A program made the translations under genes and the position numbers. The notes beneath the pieces were generated by a model. It was not told the DNA's origin, did not search any database, and saw nothing but the letters and a program-made list of their open reading frames with translations. A DNA stretch of 59,901 nt, the filler included, from Sphacelaria rigidula (lineage: Eukaryota): assembly GCA_964200075.2 (NCBI GenBank). It is 4 parts of 4 records of this genome, joined end to end, with 100 filler letters (N's around TTAATTAATTAA, not from the genome) between each part and the next. Parts side by side here need not be neighbours in the genome. Positions count along the whole stretch, not along the records: positions 45,007 to 59,901 come from CAXNAA020001999.1; 3 more parts are not named here. One strand, written 5' to 3'. Shown here in pieces: positions 58,876-59,901 of the stretch (position 1 is the stretch's first letter; every line of letters starts with the position of its first letter).

Positions 58876-59901
58876 AATGGATCCGAGAAAATGGGGTACA
58901 TCCAAAAAATGAGGATGAGGTGGCATTTCTCTTTTGCAGGCAAGACGCGTTCGTACGTAGTCTTCCCAAAAGTCTGCAGCGAAGCAGCTGTGGCCAGGTG
59001 CACCTAACGGACACGGTGTACACGCGTGTCGATGACATCACCAGAGAGAAGCAACAACAAAGAGGAAGCTCCTCGCCCGTGTGCTTTGCGTGTCCTCGTT
59101 CGGCGACTACCAATTTCGCTTGAGACTGGCATCATAGATGTTACTACACCAGCGTGTGCCCAATTTTCCATGTTTTGCCAGCACATCCAGAACTGCGAAG
59201 AGATTCCGTCTTGTCTTGCCTATGGCCTATTTAAACATCGATTTCTCTCTGCCTCCTTTTGGATAGGACGCCTGTTCGCTGAGAAAATGTTAAAAAAACA
59301 GGGCAATGTTCCCCTCACCGCTACTACTACTCTGTCATACACATGCCAGCAAGGACGGTGCTGCGGCAATGAAAGATCCAATTTGAGTTTAGTGGGTGTT
59401 ATTCATCATTGATTTTCCCCGACCTCCCCCTCGCCGGGTGCCCGAGCAGAAGAGCGAGCCACACGCCAGTTGAGGGAGATGTATGAGAGATCAAACGCTT
59501 GTAGAGATCTTCTTGACATGCGGAGTGAAAAGCGATACCTGTGGTGGTGACGTAACTGTTGCTAGCGTGGAGCATAGGAGTCCGCCCATACCACAATCTG
59601 CAGCCCAGGCTGGCCGCTTAAACACCTCAATAATAGGTACAATAGTACGAGTAGCTTCCCATGATTAATTACTCCGATGTCAGGAGGTCATGGATTATTA
59701 CAATGTGGGAGGAGAGACGACAGTGCTCTACGATCAAGAGCATGTCGCTGCATTCGAGACCCACGCCATCAACCGCCGACAGCAAGGGTCTTGTGGCTTT
59801 CACGCGACGCTGTCGGCAGTACGGCAGGCAAACCGGATCATAGCTACCTCTCGTTGCTCTACCGCACGTACTCCCGTCTGCTCAGAGGTGGTCACGGTAA
59901 C

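Noticed and set aside
1-59901. CRISPR array, prokaryotic operon or rRNA
   Set aside because: No regularly spaced repeat-spacer array or rRNA-like sequence was seen, and the genes are spliced and eukaryotic.

Overview
Eukaryotic, intron-rich and repeat-dense DNA, most likely from a brown alga (Phaeophyceae). This is inferred from Ectocarpus-type gene families, an ASAFAP-like plastid presequence and TTAGGG motifs. The window is not contiguous: four pieces of about 14.9 kb (1-14904, 15005-29905, 30006-44906, 45007-59901) are joined by identical 100-nt N44-TTAATTAATTAA-N44 linkers. Piece 1 holds a decaying minus-strand gag-protease region of an LTR retroelement, with an unusual Gag (PAM2-like motif, Gln-rich repeats, CCCH finger, in-frame LLDTGA protease behind stop codons). 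It also holds MITE/foldback repeats and an orphan sulfotransferase-like exon. Piece 2 holds the first two exons of Nup62/Nsp1, with a Stowaway-like MITE in intron 2, and a divergent spliced Pmp/adhesin-like beta-helix gene. Piece 3 holds foldback repeats and six exons of a probably plastid-targeted SLC17/PHT4-like MFS anion transporter with a GC-AG intron. Piece 4 holds a Ty1/Copia element with an intact 1.6-kaa polyprotein, a truncated 5' LTR, a full 3' LTR and an extra Arg-rich ORF after pol. It ends with three exons of a brown-algal VWD/root-cap-like gene and a diverged LTR of the same family. All homology calls come from motif recognition by eye; no searches were run.
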